Shown piece after piece: positions 28,980 through 39,335 of a DNA stretch of 64,000 bases (position 1 is the first letter of the stretch; every line of letters begins with the position of its first letter). The notes beneath the pieces were generated by a model that saw only the letters and a program-made list of their open reading frames with translations, was not told the DNA's origin and did not search any database. The stretch comes from Planctomycetota bacterium (GTDB lineage: Bacteria > Planctomycetota > UBA8108 > SXIK01), in contig OZ244999.1 of NCBI GenBank assembly GCA_965223265.1, positions 352,001-416,000 of the forward strand. Reading direction: 5' to 3'. Position numbers and translations under genes: made by a program.

Positions 28980-29418
28980 GTTTCCTCCTTATCGATAGCA
29001 GCCTGGCGTATTCTAACTGCGAGGCGCGCGACCGGAACAGGCAAAAGATTGAAGTGAGAGGAAGCGGTCGTTCGATCTGGGTCAACAGCGCTGAGCATGG
29101 CGAAAAAGAATTGAATGAACGACAAAGCGGAGAGGTCCAACGAAAGAAGAGCGCGCTCGATGGGATTCGCGTGGTGTTCGGCTCTCGACGCGTTTCCCTA
29201 CTGCGTGTGCGTGCTGAAGAGCGTACGATCTCTCACGTCTGGAGCCACGCATGAAGCGCGCACGTGACGACCGGCGGCACGGGCGAAGACGCTTTGATTT
29301 CCCGGCCACGGCGCTCTATCCTGAAGGCGTTTTGGGGAGCCCGACGGTTCTGCTTTGATTGTCGTCGGGGTCGCAGATCGTGGCTCGATAGCTCATGAAA
29401 ACTCTGGAGATGAGCGCT

Positions 29419-30645
29419 ATGGCTGAACACACTCGTCGACGTTTCTTGCGTGCGCTTGGCGCTGCCGTCGCGGCGCCGATGGTGGTTCGTGCTGGCGCGA
29501 TCGAAACGCGCGTCAGTCCGAGTGCGAACGATCGCATCGGCGTCGGATTCATCGGTGTCGGCGGTATGGGACGCGGGCATCTCCGTCGTTATGTGAACAA
29601 TGCCGGCCATCCCGCTGTTGCTGTGAGTGACGTCGATGCGAAGCACCGAACGCAGGCGGCTGAGAGAGTTGGCAGCTCCTGTGGCGCGCACAACGACTAT
29701 CGGGAACTTCTCGAGCGTAGCGACGTCGACGCGGTCGTCATCGCCGTCCCCGATCATTGGCACGCTCTCATCGCGATGGATGCCTGCGAGGCCGGCAAGG
29801 ATGTCTATTGTGAAAAACCATTGTCGCTGACGATTCGCCAAGCCCGGGCGATGGTGACTGCGGCTCGACGGTACGATCGCGTCTTTCAAACCGGAAGTCA
29901 GCAGCGCTCGAGTCCGGAGTTCCTGAAGGCATGTGAGCTCGTAAGGAACGGGCGTATTGGCAAGGTCGAACGCGTCCTCGTCAACGTATGGGGTACGTCC
30001 GTGCCGTGCCGATTACCCGCCCAACCGGTCCCCAAGGGACTCGATTGGGAGCGATGGATCGGCCCAGCCCGCTGGTGCGCGTACAACAAGAAGCTCCATC
30101 CCTTCACCTGGCGTAGTTTTCGTGAGTTCTCGGGTGGTTCGATGACGGATTGGGGTGCGCACCACCTCGACATCGCACAGTGGGGGCTCGGAATGGACGC
30201 CTCCGGTCCGGTGGAAGTGTTGCCGCCGGCGCAAGGCGAGCATTTCGTTACGTATAAATACGCCAACGGTGTCGAAGTTCGGTGCGGCAGCGTGGGCGTC
30301 AACGGCGTTCAGTTCATCGGTACTGACGGTAAGATCACGGTCAACCGCGGTTACTTTCACGCCGACCCAGAAGAAGCCGCGACGGCTTCGCTTTCGTCGA
30401 CTGCGGTGCGTCTCTACAAGAGCCCTGGGCATCATGAAGATTGGTGGAAGTGCATGCGCTCGCGGCGTCGTCCGATCTGCGACGTCGAGATCGGTGCGCG
30501 CTCGGTGACGGTGTGTCACCTCGGCAATCTCGCCATTTGGCTGGGGCGACCGCTCCGTTGGGATCCAAACAAAGAAGCGATCGTCGGCGACGACGGAGCA
30601 AGCCGTTGGCTTGACCGCCCGCTGCGGGCGCCGTACGCACTTTAA
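29419..30645 (+). CDS. Tat-exported Gfo/Idh/MocA oxidoreductase
   Basis: TRRRFL, IGVGGMG, VPDHWHA, GKDVYCEKP, QTGSQQRS and DWGAHHLD. Confidence 0.9.
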   Translation: MAEHTRRRFLRALGAAVAAPMVVRAGAIETRVSPSANDRIGVGFIGVGGMGRGHLRRYVNNAGHPAVAVSDVDAKHRTQAAERVGSSCGAHNDYRELLERSDVDAVVIAVPDHWHALIAMDACEAGKDVYCEKPLSLTIRQARAMVTAARRYDRVFQTGSQQRSSPEFLKACELVRNGRIGKVERVLVNVWGTSVPCRLPAQPVPKGLDWERWIGPARWCAYNKKLHPFTWRSFREFSGGSMTDWGAHHLDIAQWGLGMDASGPVEVLPPAQGEHFVTYKYANGVEVRCGSVGVNGVQFIGTDGKITVNRGYFHADPEEAATASLSSTAVRLYKSPGHHEDWWKCMRSRRRPICDVEIGARSVTVCHLGNLAIWLGRPLRWDPNKEAIVGDDGASRWLDRPLRAPYAL

Positions 30646-30725
30646 TCTAGCCACCCGCGTCGCGCTCTCGATGCATCGCTCCGTGCGCGTGCCGCCCAGC
30701 GCCTGATCATTCGGCGAGACTTGAA

Positions 30726-33401
30726 ATGAAACAGCCCACGACACGACATCTAAAAGTTCTCACAACTGTCACGTTCCTCGCCACGTTGTTTCTGCCATTG
30801 GAACGGGTGGCCGCGGACGATCTGGCGGCTGCAGTCGCTGAAGTCGTACCTCGACTATCGGCTGAGGAGGTCGAGGTGAGCTCAGCCGCGGAAGCGGAGC
30901 TCGAGACCATTTGCTCGCGAGCCTATCGACCGCAGGCGGAAGCCGAGCGCCGCGAAGTGACCAAAGCTTTGATCACTCACTTGGTACCCGAGCTATCCGA
31001 TGCGGCCCGCCAAGCGATCGTGAAACAGCTAGGATTGATCGGCAAGTTCGAAGTCGTGCGACCGCTGACAAACCTTCTCGCCGAAGACCCCAGCCCCATC
31101 GTCCGCGATGAAGCCCGGCAAGCGCTGGAGAGATTGCCAAGCGCTGCGAAAAACATGGCGAAATCGAAACTGCGCGCCGCGCTGAAGAAAGCAGAAGGAA
31201 CGGAGAAGATGGGGCTCCTTCGCTCCCTGGCAGTCTTGAAGGATTTTCGTGGGCAAGAGAACGTCCTGGCGACGCTCGATGGTGCCTCCCCGGAGGTGCG
31301 TTTGGCCGCGCTCGAAGTCCTCGCCGAGCTCGGAGAGATCTCAGCGGTCTCAGTGCTCGAAGGCGCACTCGCGAACGCGGCGGAGGCAGAGCGTCGACGA
31401 ATGGTGCGAGCCTATCTGCGATTCGCAGATGCACTTGTGGACAATTCCGAGCGAGGTCAGGCTCGACGCATTTACGAACGTGCCATGCTTCTCGGTACGG
31501 CGCCACGGTGCGCGTCGCTGATCGGACTGGCGCGAGCTGGACTGCAGAGTCACGTCGACGTGATTGCGGACGCGACCCTTGAGACGGATCTGGAAGTGCG
31601 CAGCGCCGCGTGCGAGGCCGCTGTGATCATGCCTGGACCACGGATGTCGCGGGCGTTGATCAAGCGTCTGGAGGCAGTGAAAGATGATGATGATGTACGG
31701 TTTCGTTTGATGCGGGTTCTTGCGCGCCGCGGCGACGCGCCGAGCGTGACCAAATTGACGGCGCTGGCGGCCGACGGGGACAGTGAAGGCGTTTCGCTTG
31801 CGCTGCGCCTTTTGGGCGGCGTCGAGCCTGGGGTTTCGCCAACCATCGATGTGGGAGTTCTGTTGCCGCTGTTAGTGGATCCCCTCGTCAAAGCTTCGTC
31901 GGCGGACGTCGTGCGATCGTCTGCCGAGCTTGTTCTCGCGCACTTGCCGGGAGACGCGGTGACGCCGCGGGTTGTGGAGTTGCTTTCAGTTGATGATGCC
32001 GCGCCTGCGGCAGTGTCCTCCGGAGTTCACAGCGCGTTGAGGGTGCTGCGCGAGCGTGGCGACTCACGTGCGGTTGATGCATTGAGCCATATCGCGTTTT
32101 CGGAGAGCGACGACAAGGAAGCGCAGCGTCTTGCAATCGAAGCTCTGGGAGCGACACGGAGCCTCACTGCTGCGCCGGCTTTGATTCACGCGCTCGGAGC
32201 ACCGGAACCGTCCGCCCGCGACGCGGCGGTCAATGCCCTCGCGCAGTTAGATGCCGACGAGGTCGGACCACAACTGCTCGACGCGGCGGCGAGCGCTGAG
32301 AAACCGTCGGCTCGCGCTGCCGCTCTCCGCGCTCTCGGCCGCCTCGAGTTTGCGCCGGCGCTGTCGCTCATGCGCAAGGTGTATGGTGAGGCGACCACTG
32401 AGACGGATCAGTCACGGCACGCGGCGCTCGAGGCGATCGCACGATTTGCGCATCCCGATGACCTTCCGCTCCTCTCTGAGGCGCTCGACTCCTCGTCCAC
32501 CCAGGAGCGCCAAATCGCTGCGAAAGGGGCGCTGCGCCAGGCTGCACGACTTATCGGCGCTGCCGAACGTGACGCCGCGTCGGCGATTTACGTCGCTGTC
32601 TTGACCGCCACCAAAGTCGAAGACGATCTGAGGCAGGCGCTGCGCGGCTTGTCGGAGGTTGGGCGACCAGGGGACCTCGCCAGCGTGATCCCGTTTTTCG
32701 ATCGCAGCGCGCTGCAGCGGGATGCAGGGCGTGCAGCTTTGCGTCTTGCGGAGCGCCTCGCCCAGGACGACAGAGAGCGCGCCGTCGACGTACTTCGCAA
32801 GATCACCGACCTCGACGTCGACGAGGCGACGGCGACACAAGCGGTACGTCGACTCGGCAGGTTGGGAGTCGAGATCAACCTGGCGCGTCAACGGGGCTGC
32901 GTGACGCATTGGTGGATTTTGGGCCCGATTCCGGACTCAACCCAATCGCTTTGGGAGACGTCGCTGGCCGTTGAGCCGTCGGCACCAGAGGCGATAGCCG
33001 TTGAATCTCCCGTCGAGTACGACGGGGGCACTTACACATGGAAGCACTACCATACACCGAGTGTCTTCGGTCTCGTTGACATGCGGCGCGCGGGCTACTC
33101 GACAGCCCAGGCAGCGGCATACTTCTATGCTGAAGTGATCGTGCCGGCCGCGACGAAGGCCGTGCTGAGAATCGGCAGCGACGACCACGTCGCTTGTTGG
33201 CTCAACGGCGCTAAGATTCACTCGAACCGTGCCTTTCGACGACTGACGCCTGATCAGGACGACGTCGAAGCTCAGCTGCGCGCTGGGTCAAACTACGTCC
33301 TCCTCAAGGTGATCAACGTCGGGGGCGACTGGGGCGTCACGCTCCGATTCGCCGACCTTGATGGGAAACCTTTGGTATTCTCGGAAAAGACGACACCTTG
33401 A
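30726..33401 (+). CDS. HEAT-repeat protein with C-terminal PA14/jelly-roll-like domain
   Basis: Signal peptide and HEAT-like repeats. C-terminal WWILGP..AYFY..GSDD..WLNG..LRAGSNYVLLKV..WG, the same domain type as 25406-27634. Confidence 0.7.
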   Translation: MKQPTTRHLKVLTTVTFLATLFLPLERVAADDLAAAVAEVVPRLSAEEVEVSSAAEAELETICSRAYRPQAEAERREVTKALITHLVPELSDAARQAIVKQLGLIGKFEVVRPLTNLLAEDPSPIVRDEARQALERLPSAAKNMAKSKLRAALKKAEGTEKMGLLRSLAVLKDFRGQENVLATLDGASPEVRLAALEVLAELGEISAVSVLEGALANAAEAERRRMVRAYLRFADALVDNSERGQARRIYERAMLLGTAPRCASLIGLARAGLQSHVDVIADATLETDLEVRSAACEAAVIMPGPRMSRALIKRLEAVKDDDDVRFRLMRVLARRGDAPSVTKLTALAADGDSEGVSLALRLLGGVEPGVSPTIDVGVLLPLLVDPLVKASSADVVRSSAELVLAHLPGDAVTPRVVELLSVDDAAPAAVSSGVHSALRVLRERGDSRAVDALSHIAFSESDDKEAQRLAIEALGATRSLTAAPALIHALGAPEPSARDAAVNALAQLDADEVGPQLLDAAASAEKPSARAAALRALGRLEFAPALSLMRKVYGEATTETDQSRHAALEAIARFAHPDDLPLLSEALDSSSTQERQIAAKGALRQAARLIGAAERDAASAIYVAVLTATKVEDDLRQALRGLSEVGRPGDLASVIPFFDRSALQRDAGRAALRLAERLAQDDRERAVDVLRKITDLDVDEATATQAVRRLGRLGVEINLARQRGCVTHWWILGPIPDSTQSLWETSLAVEPSAPEAIAVESPVEYDGGTYTWKHYHTPSVFGLVDMRRAGYSTAQAAAYFYAEVIVPAATKAVLRIGSDDHVACWLNGAKIHSNRAFRRLTPDQDDVEAQLRAGSNYVLLKVINVGGDWGVTLRFADLDGKPLVFSEKTTP

Positions 33402-33448
33402 CGCTGCAGCGCAGGGCTCGCAAGATTCGCGAGTGATCTTGTGTAGCG

Positions 33449-33543
33449 CTGCAGGATACGGCGACAGGTACGGAGTGACCGAAATGCTGACGCCCACGCC
33501 ACACGCACACCCACTCCCATACGCAATCGCAATCGCATTCGCG
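33449..33543. repeat. degenerate bipartite hexamer array (locus A, left)
   Basis: Purine-rich degenerate hexamers (GGATAC GGCGAC AGGTAC) followed by ACGCCC/ACGCA/ATCGCA-like units. Confidence 0.45.
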
Positions 33544-33568
33544 ACGCCACGCGGAGCGTGCCCGCTAC
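33544..33568. repeat. REP-like palindrome
   Basis: ACGCCACGCGGAGCGTGCCCGCTAC, a variant of the family at 1528 and 4003. Confidence 0.6.
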
Positions 33569-33660
33569 TTTTGGAGACGCTCACAAGCGCGCTCGGCGTC
33601 TCAGTGGCAACGCAAGGGACTGCGCCCGCCACGAACGCAGCGGGCGCACCGGCTGCACGC

Positions 33661-33985
33661 TCAGCGAGTCAGTCCGTAAAGAAGCGCCAAGGAGGCGATC
33701 GAGCGTCTCGAGAGGCGTCGTGGCTTTGCCCGGCTTCAGATCGCCCCCACGCCAGAGCCAGTCGAAGCGCCGTCTCCACCTCACGCGCGCTGCCGCGAGC
33801 GACGCGAAAGAGGTGCTGGCGTCTTTGCCACAGCGCTCGGCGCCTTGCGAGAGGTTGAGCGCGATCGAAGAAGCAGCACGCCGAAGCTGCCGATGGAGAT
33901 CGGGATCAAGCCTCCGAAGCCGCGCCAGAGGAGTCCGCAAATCGCCGATCAAACCGAGACTGACATCGAGAGCGATGAAACGCAT
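33661..33985 (-). pseudogene. four-helix-bundle protein (Avd/23S rRNA IVP-like), apparently frameshifted
   Basis: RBS GGAGG, then QLRRAASSIALNLSQG. The conserved continuation QHLFRVARGSAREVETALRLALAWG and the end LLYGLTR* are in other frames (about three 1-nt indels). Span is 325 nt versus 324 nt for the intact paralogue at 52589. Confidence 0.75.
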
Positions 33986-34071
33986 GTGAAGCCTCCGAAG
34001 AAAAGGTGAGTCAAAGCCCGAGCACCGCGTACGCTCGACAAGACCGCCGCGGTACGGTGCCTCGTGTTACA

Positions 34072-34386
34072 GAGACGGAGACAGAGACAGAGGCGGAGAC
34101 AGAGGCGGAGACAGAGACGGAGACAGAGACGGAGACAGAGACGGAGACAGAGACAGAGGCGGAGACAGAGACGGAGACAGAGACAGAGGCGGAGACAGAG
34201 ACGGAGACAGAGACGGAGACAGAGACGGAGACAGAGGCGGAGACAGAGGCGGAGACAGAGGCAGACACGGACCGCCGACGCAGACCCCACACGCCCACGC
34301 CCACGCAAACGCCCACGCAAACGCAAACGCAAACGCAAACGCAAACGCCCACGCCCACGCAAACGCAAACGCAAACGCAAACGCAA
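34072..34386. repeat. bipartite hexamer array (locus A, right)
   Basis: About 32 units of GAGRCR (34072-34263), a 27-nt spacer, then 16 units of ACGCCC/ACGCAA (34291-34386). Confidence 0.95.
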
Positions 34387-34442
34387 ATCCGTCCGAAAAC
34401 AGCGGACGGTTCCCGGTCAGAACACGGACACGAGTCAGAGCG

Positions 34443-35468
34443 TCAAGACTGGTGGCTGCTACGACGCGGATCGAACGCCAACAGGCAAGCTGCCTGGTGT
34501 GAGCCGTCGGGAGGCCCGAGCGGTGGTGAGAGACTCCGGCAGTCGTCGAACACTTCCGGGCAACGCGGTGCGAATGGACAACCAACCGACGCCGAGAGGG
34601 CGGCCTCACCGCGCACTCGCTCGTGTGAGTGCCTGACGAGCTCAGGGTCGGGGATTGGAATTGCCTCGAGGAGTGCACGGGTGTACGGGTGGCGTGCGTC
34701 GCTGTAGATCTGATCAGCGGTGGCCAACTCGACGATGCGACCCAGGTACATGACGGCGACGCGGTGGCTCATCCGCTTGACGACGCTCAGATCGTGTGAA
34801 ATGAAGAGATAAGTGAGCCCGCGTCTTTGCTGCAGCTCGAGAAAGAGATTGAGCACTTGGCTACGAATCGATACGTCGAGCGCCGACACCGGTTCATCGC
34901 ATATGAGCAGGCGTGGGTCGAGCGCAAGTGCACGCGCGATTCCGATACGTTGTCGCTGTCCGCCGGAGAACTCATGCGGAAAGCGTTTAATCAACTTCGG
35001 ATCGAGCCCCACTTCTTCCATCAGCGTCTGGACACGTCGCTGGACTTCGCGTGGGTTACCCGACGTGTGGATTTCAAGCGGTTCGGCGATGATGCGGCCC
35101 ACCGTCATGCGTGGATTCAGCGACGCGTACGGATCTTGGAAAATCATCTGGACTGCAGATCGATAGCGTCGCCACCGTCGTCGCGACAGCCGCGTCAGTT
35201 CGACCCAGTCGGGCTCTTCTGAGTTTCCGGCATTGAACCACGCTTCCCCTGAACTCGTGGGGTACGCGCCGAGGACAACGCGCGACAGGGTCGACTTGCC
35301 GCAACCAGATTCTCCGACGAGGCCGAGCGTTTCTCCGCGCCGTAGTGCGAAACTGACGCCATCCACAGCCCGCACAGGTTCAGCGTTTGCGCGACCTCGA
35401 AACCGCTTCGACAAATCTCGAAGCACCAGAATATCGTCGTCGTGTTGTGGGGATTCAGGGATTGCCAT
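34443..35468 (-). CDS. oppF: oligopeptide ABC transporter ATP-binding protein
   Basis: [36 protein letters not shown] and [16 protein letters not shown]. Confidence 0.9.
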   Translation of the reverse strand: MAIPESPQHDDDILVLRDLSKRFRGRANAEPVRAVDGVSFALRRGETLGLVGESGCGKSTLSRVVLGAYPTSSGEAWFNAGNSEEPDWVELTRLSRRRWRRYRSAVQMIFQDPYASLNPRMTVGRIIAEPLEIHTSGNPREVQRRVQTLMEEVGLDPKLIKRFPHEFSGGQRQRIGIARALALDPRLLICDEPVSALDVSIRSQVLNLFLELQQRRGLTYLFISHDLSVVKRMSHRVAVMYLGRIVELATADQIYSDARHPYTRALLEAIPIPDPELVRHSHERVRGEAALSASVGCPFAPRCPEVFDDCRSLSPPLGPPDGSHQAACLLAFDPRRSSHQS

Positions 35469-36492
35469 CGCTATGCTCGAGTTCGACGAGGCAGGCCTTT
35501 TGATGCTCTACAGAAGCCGCGTCTTCGCTCCCCTTGGCATTCTCATCGTTTGCGCTCAGTGAGGCAGCCTCGAGCGCAGGGTGTTCGACGAGACAACGCG
35601 GTATAGCGTGCGAGCAGCGAGGCTGAAACGCGCAGCCGCTTGGTAACTCCGTGAGATCCGGAGGGCGACCGGGGATCGCTTGCAGTTGTCCATGAGTTGG
35701 GTCGTCGAGGCGCGGGAAGGATCCGAGAAGAGCTTCCGTATACGGGTGCGCCGTTCGCTTGAACACGTCGACGCTGCGGCCCGTCTCGACGACGCTGCCG
35801 GCATACATCACGAGAAGGCGTTCGCAGAATCCTGCGACGACGCCCAAGTCGTGCGTGATCATGATGATTGCGGTGCCATGCTTGTCGCGAATTCGGCGCA
35901 GGAGGTCCAGAATCTGTGCCTGGATCGTCACGTCGAGTGCGGTCGTCGGTTCATCGGCGATGAGGACGTCGGGATTGAGAGCAATCGCCATGGCGATCAT
36001 GACTCGCTGGCGCATACCGCCTGAGAATTCATGGGGGTATTGGTTCAGTCGCTGCGCGGGTGATGGAATGCCAACTTCGTCGAGTAGCCGAATTGCTTCC
36101 CTGTTCGCCTCACTTCGCGCCATGCCGCGATGGATCACCAGTGGTTCACTGACTTGGTCGCCGATCGTCAGGAAAGGGTTGAGTGACGTCATCGGGTCTT
36201 GGAAGATCATCGCGATGCGATCGCCGCGGACAGCCCGCATCTGGTGGGCGCGTAGTGTCAGAAGGTTTTGGTCGCCCAGCCACACCTCGCCCGCTTCGAT
36301 CACCGCCGGCGGTTGAGGTAGGAGACCTAGAATACTCAAGCTCAGAACCGTCTTGCCGGAGCCACTCTCGCCCACCACGCCGACGATTTCACCGCGATCG
36401 AGAGACAGGTCGACGCCGTTGACGGCGCACACGATTCCGTCCGGTGTATGGAAGCGTGTGGTGAGTCCTTGTACGCGAAGGAGATCCGTCAT
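35455..36492 (-). CDS. oppD: oligopeptide ABC transporter ATP-binding protein
   Basis: [39 protein letters not shown] and THDLGVV. Confidence 0.9.
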   Translation of the reverse strand: MTDLLRVQGLTTRFHTPDGIVCAVNGVDLSLDRGEIVGVVGESGSGKTVLSLSILGLLPQPPAVIEAGEVWLGDQNLLTLRAHQMRAVRGDRIAMIFQDPMTSLNPFLTIGDQVSEPLVIHRGMARSEANREAIRLLDEVGIPSPAQRLNQYPHEFSGGMRQRVMIAMAIALNPDVLIADEPTTALDVTIQAQILDLLRRIRDKHGTAIIMITHDLGVVAGFCERLLVMYAGSVVETGRSVDVFKRTAHPYTEALLGSFPRLDDPTHGQLQAIPGRPPDLTELPSGCAFQPRCSHAIPRCLVEHPALEAASLSANDENAKGSEDAASVEHQKACLVELEHSDGNP

Positions 36493-36519
36493 GTTGCGTT
36501 CGTCATGAGTCGTTAAGCG

Positions 36520-37974
36520 TTACCGCCGTCCGCGAGGGTCGAGTGCATCCCGCAGACCGTCGCCGGCGAAGTTCAGAGAGAAGAGCGTCAGGGAAATCGC
36601 TACAGACGGATAGAGCAGGACCCACCAGTAGGGGCGAATGGAATTGATCGCCTTGATGCCATCGGAAGCGAGTGATCCCCAGCTGCAGTGCGGCTCCGAG
36701 ACCCCGAGGCCGAGGAAGCTGAGGAAAGCTTCCGCTAGCATCAGTGTTGGAATCGTGAGTGTCGAATAGACGATGACCGGGCCCAAAAGGTTTGGGACGA
36801 TATGGCGGCGAATAATGCGAGAAGTGCTTGCTCCGGTCAGGCGTGCCGCAAGCACGAATTCCTGATTCCGCAGCGAAAGAACTTGTCCGCGGACGATGCG
36901 CGCCATGGTCAGCCAGTGCACTAACCCCAAAGCGAAAAACATGATCACGATCGGCGAGACGTGATCGGAGATGAAGACGGCTGCCCGAACGCCAAACGTT
37001 ATTCCGTGTTCCGCGGCGTACGCTGATGCGCTATCGCTCTCCTGATGTTCCAAGAGTCTTGTGTGTTCCTCGATGAGCGGGCGAAACTGACCTGCCGTTT
37101 GATCGATGCCGCTCTCGAGGCTCATGATGAGAATCACGAGAAACATGAACGGAATGCCGTAGAGAATGTCGACGACGCGCATCATGTAGTGGTCGATCTT
37201 GCCGCCGTGGTATCCGGCGACGCTACCCCAGGAAATCCCGATGACGATGGATACGACCGTTCCAACAAGGGCGACCAGAAACGAAATGCTGCCGCCGTAG
37301 AGCGTGCGGGCGAAGACATCTCGTCCGAGTCCGTCAGTTCCGAACCAGTGACGTGCGTCGGGGGCGCCGAACGTATTGCTCTTGTCAACTGCAGTGTGAT
37401 CGATGTGAAATCGAAAGAAGTCACTGCTCCAATTCAGCTCGGTGCCGACGGCGAAGAGGATCCGCTGTGAGACGCAAAGAAGCACCAGTGCGAGCAAAAG
37501 ACCGCAGCAAAGCGTCGCCAATCGATTCCTCTGAAATCTCCTGAGCGCATCCTTGAGAAGGGATGTCCCTTCGACAAGCTCGGGAGGGGAGTTGTCCGAC
37601 ACCGCCGCCGACATCGGAGGAGACTGCTTGGCTGTAGCCTGCCGGTCCTGGTCTCCCTCGTCCGAAACGGCAGGCGCGGACGCTTGCGATTTTCGTGACG
37701 TCGAGTTCTCCCGGCGAGAAGGTATACGCCGCGGCGACTGGCGGAGCATCTGCTCGCGTTCGCGCTGTGAGCGTACGTGGACCGTCGCGAACAGGTTGAG
37801 CGCCGCCCAGAGCGCCGCAGCGACGAACGGCCACGTACGCAGGCCATGCATCGGAACGAGACACAGGGCATAGAGCAGATTGCATGTCCACGAGAGAGGG
37901 ATCAGGTGCCACAGCGCGCGTGTCACGAAACTGCGAGTTTTCAGTTTTTCGGTGTTCACTACTTTGGCACTCAA
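36520..37974 (-). CDS. oppC: oligopeptide ABC transporter permease with N-terminal extension
   Basis: HWFGTDGLGRD, ARIVRGQ..EFVLAA..GAS..RHIVPN and EAFLSFLGLG. Start uncertain (TTG overlapping the oppB stop, or GTG 37959). Confidence 0.85.
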   Translation of the reverse strand: MSAKVVNTEKLKTRSFVTRALWHLIPLSWTCNLLYALCLVPMHGLRTWPFVAAALWAALNLFATVHVRSQREREQMLRQSPRRIPSRRENSTSRKSQASAPAVSDEGDQDRQATAKQSPPMSAAVSDNSPPELVEGTSLLKDALRRFQRNRLATLCCGLLLALVLLCVSQRILFAVGTELNWSSDFFRFHIDHTAVDKSNTFGAPDARHWFGTDGLGRDVFARTLYGGSISFLVALVGTVVSIVIGISWGSVAGYHGGKIDHYMMRVVDILYGIPFMFLVILIMSLESGIDQTAGQFRPLIEEHTRLLEHQESDSASAYAAEHGITFGVRAAVFISDHVSPIVIMFFALGLVHWLTMARIVRGQVLSLRNQEFVLAARLTGASTSRIIRRHIVPNLLGPVIVYSTLTIPTLMLAEAFLSFLGLGVSEPHCSWGSLASDGIKAINSIRPYWWVLLYPSVAISLTLFSLNFAGDGLRDALDPRGRR

Positions 37975-38906
37975 TTCGCGCTCTTTGAATCGAGCCGCAC
38001 GCGTGGATCCAGAAGGGCGTAAGAAATGTCCACGAGAAAGTTGAACACGCACAAGATTGTGCTGAAGACAACGACAGTCCCAAGGACGACATGGTAGTCG
38101 CGGTTGATCGCTGCCTTGACAAAGATCTTTCCAAGTCCGGGAAGGAAGAAAATCTGCTCGATGACCAAGGAGCCAGTGATGATCAAGGCGCCAGCAGGTC
38201 CTAAAAACGAGATCACCGGCAGAATGGCGCCGCGAAGTGCGTGTTTGATCACAACCTGCGACTCCGTCAGACCCTTCGCATAGGCTGTACGGATATAGTC
38301 TTCATTGAGAACCTCGAGCATCCCTACACGGGCCAGGCGACTGATGCGGGCGGCGAACGGCAGCGACAGGGCGATCGCTGGAAGGATCACGTCCTGATAG
38401 CTGTTCCAACCGGCGAGCGGTAGCCACGCTAACCAAAACACGAAGACGACGACGAGCAGCGTCGCAATGACGAAGTTGGGAAGTGACATGCCGAGAATTG
38501 CGAGAGACATGAGTCCGTAGTCGACCGCCGTGTTCTGGCGCAGAGCGGCGACGATGCCCGTGCTAAGACCGATCACTAGCGCCAAGGCGAGGGCGATGGA
38601 GCCGAGTGCGAGAGAGGTCGGTAGGCTTTGTGTGATGATGTCAGCGACGGTCTTGCCGCGGTACTTCATCGACGGGCCAAGATCCCCACGCACTAGGTTC
38701 TTGAGCCACAGGCCGTATTGAACCGACAGTGGCTGGTCGAGGTGATACTCGCGCATGCGGTTGCGCCTCACCTCTTCGCTCAGTGATTTCACCTCGTTGA
38801 GAAACGGGTCCCCCGGGGCGGCATGCACTAGAAAGAAAGAAATCGAGGCAACGAGCCATACGGTTACGACGACCCAAATCAATCGGTAAGCGATGACGCG
38901 CAGCAT
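37971..38906 (-). CDS. oppB: oligopeptide ABC transporter permease
   Basis: PGDP, GDLGPS, DYIRTAYAKGL..KHALR and EQIFFLPGLG..NRDY. Confidence 0.9.
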   Translation of the reverse strand: MLRVIAYRLIWVVVTVWLVASISFFLVHAAPGDPFLNEVKSLSEEVRRNRMREYHLDQPLSVQYGLWLKNLVRGDLGPSMKYRGKTVADIITQSLPTSLALGSIALALALVIGLSTGIVAALRQNTAVDYGLMSLAILGMSLPNFVIATLLVVVFVFWLAWLPLAGWNSYQDVILPAIALSLPFAARISRLARVGMLEVLNEDYIRTAYAKGLTESQVVIKHALRGAILPVISFLGPAGALIITGSLVIEQIFFLPGLGKIFVKAAINRDYHVVLGTVVVFSTILCVFNFLVDISYALLDPRVRLDSKSAN

Positions 38907-39335
38907 GTCCGTCGGAGTCTCTCTTTTTCCCGGAAAGTACTGATTGCTCGTAGAAAGCGCAACCTTCTGCAGACAAATAGCAGCCCAAGCACCAGGAAGT
39001 GGAGGCCAAAGCGCGACTCAGACGCGACCCCGTCGGCAGCGACCGTGGACGAGGGGCGACGCAGGCACCGGCGTTCTCACGCGTCCTCCGAGGGCCGCAG
39101 AACTTTTCGAAAATGCACGAGGTTTCTCGGGCGTAACCAAACGTCGAAAAGGCTTTGAAATCCCGGGTGAAGTCGTCGGGCAGGCCGGCACCAAATGCCA
39201 AGTTCGAGGTGAGCATGCGGCCCAGTCCGGCGTGCTCACCCGACTGCGAGCGAACACCCACGGCTTGTGGTGGGTTGACGCGAAGCGCCGTTTTTGCTCG
39301 CCACTTTCCGAGCGGTTGGCGCTAAGATACCGATT

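Noticed and set aside
33949-34707. Low-complexity ORFs (ETETE/TQTQ, RLRL, VCVC, SPSL)
   Set aside because: They are translations of stop-free hexamer arrays and are open in all frames, which gives no independent evidence of coding.
38907-39335. Possible riboswitch or ncRNA upstream of oppB
   Set aside because: GC-rich, but I could not recognise any conserved motif. It would need an Rfam scan.
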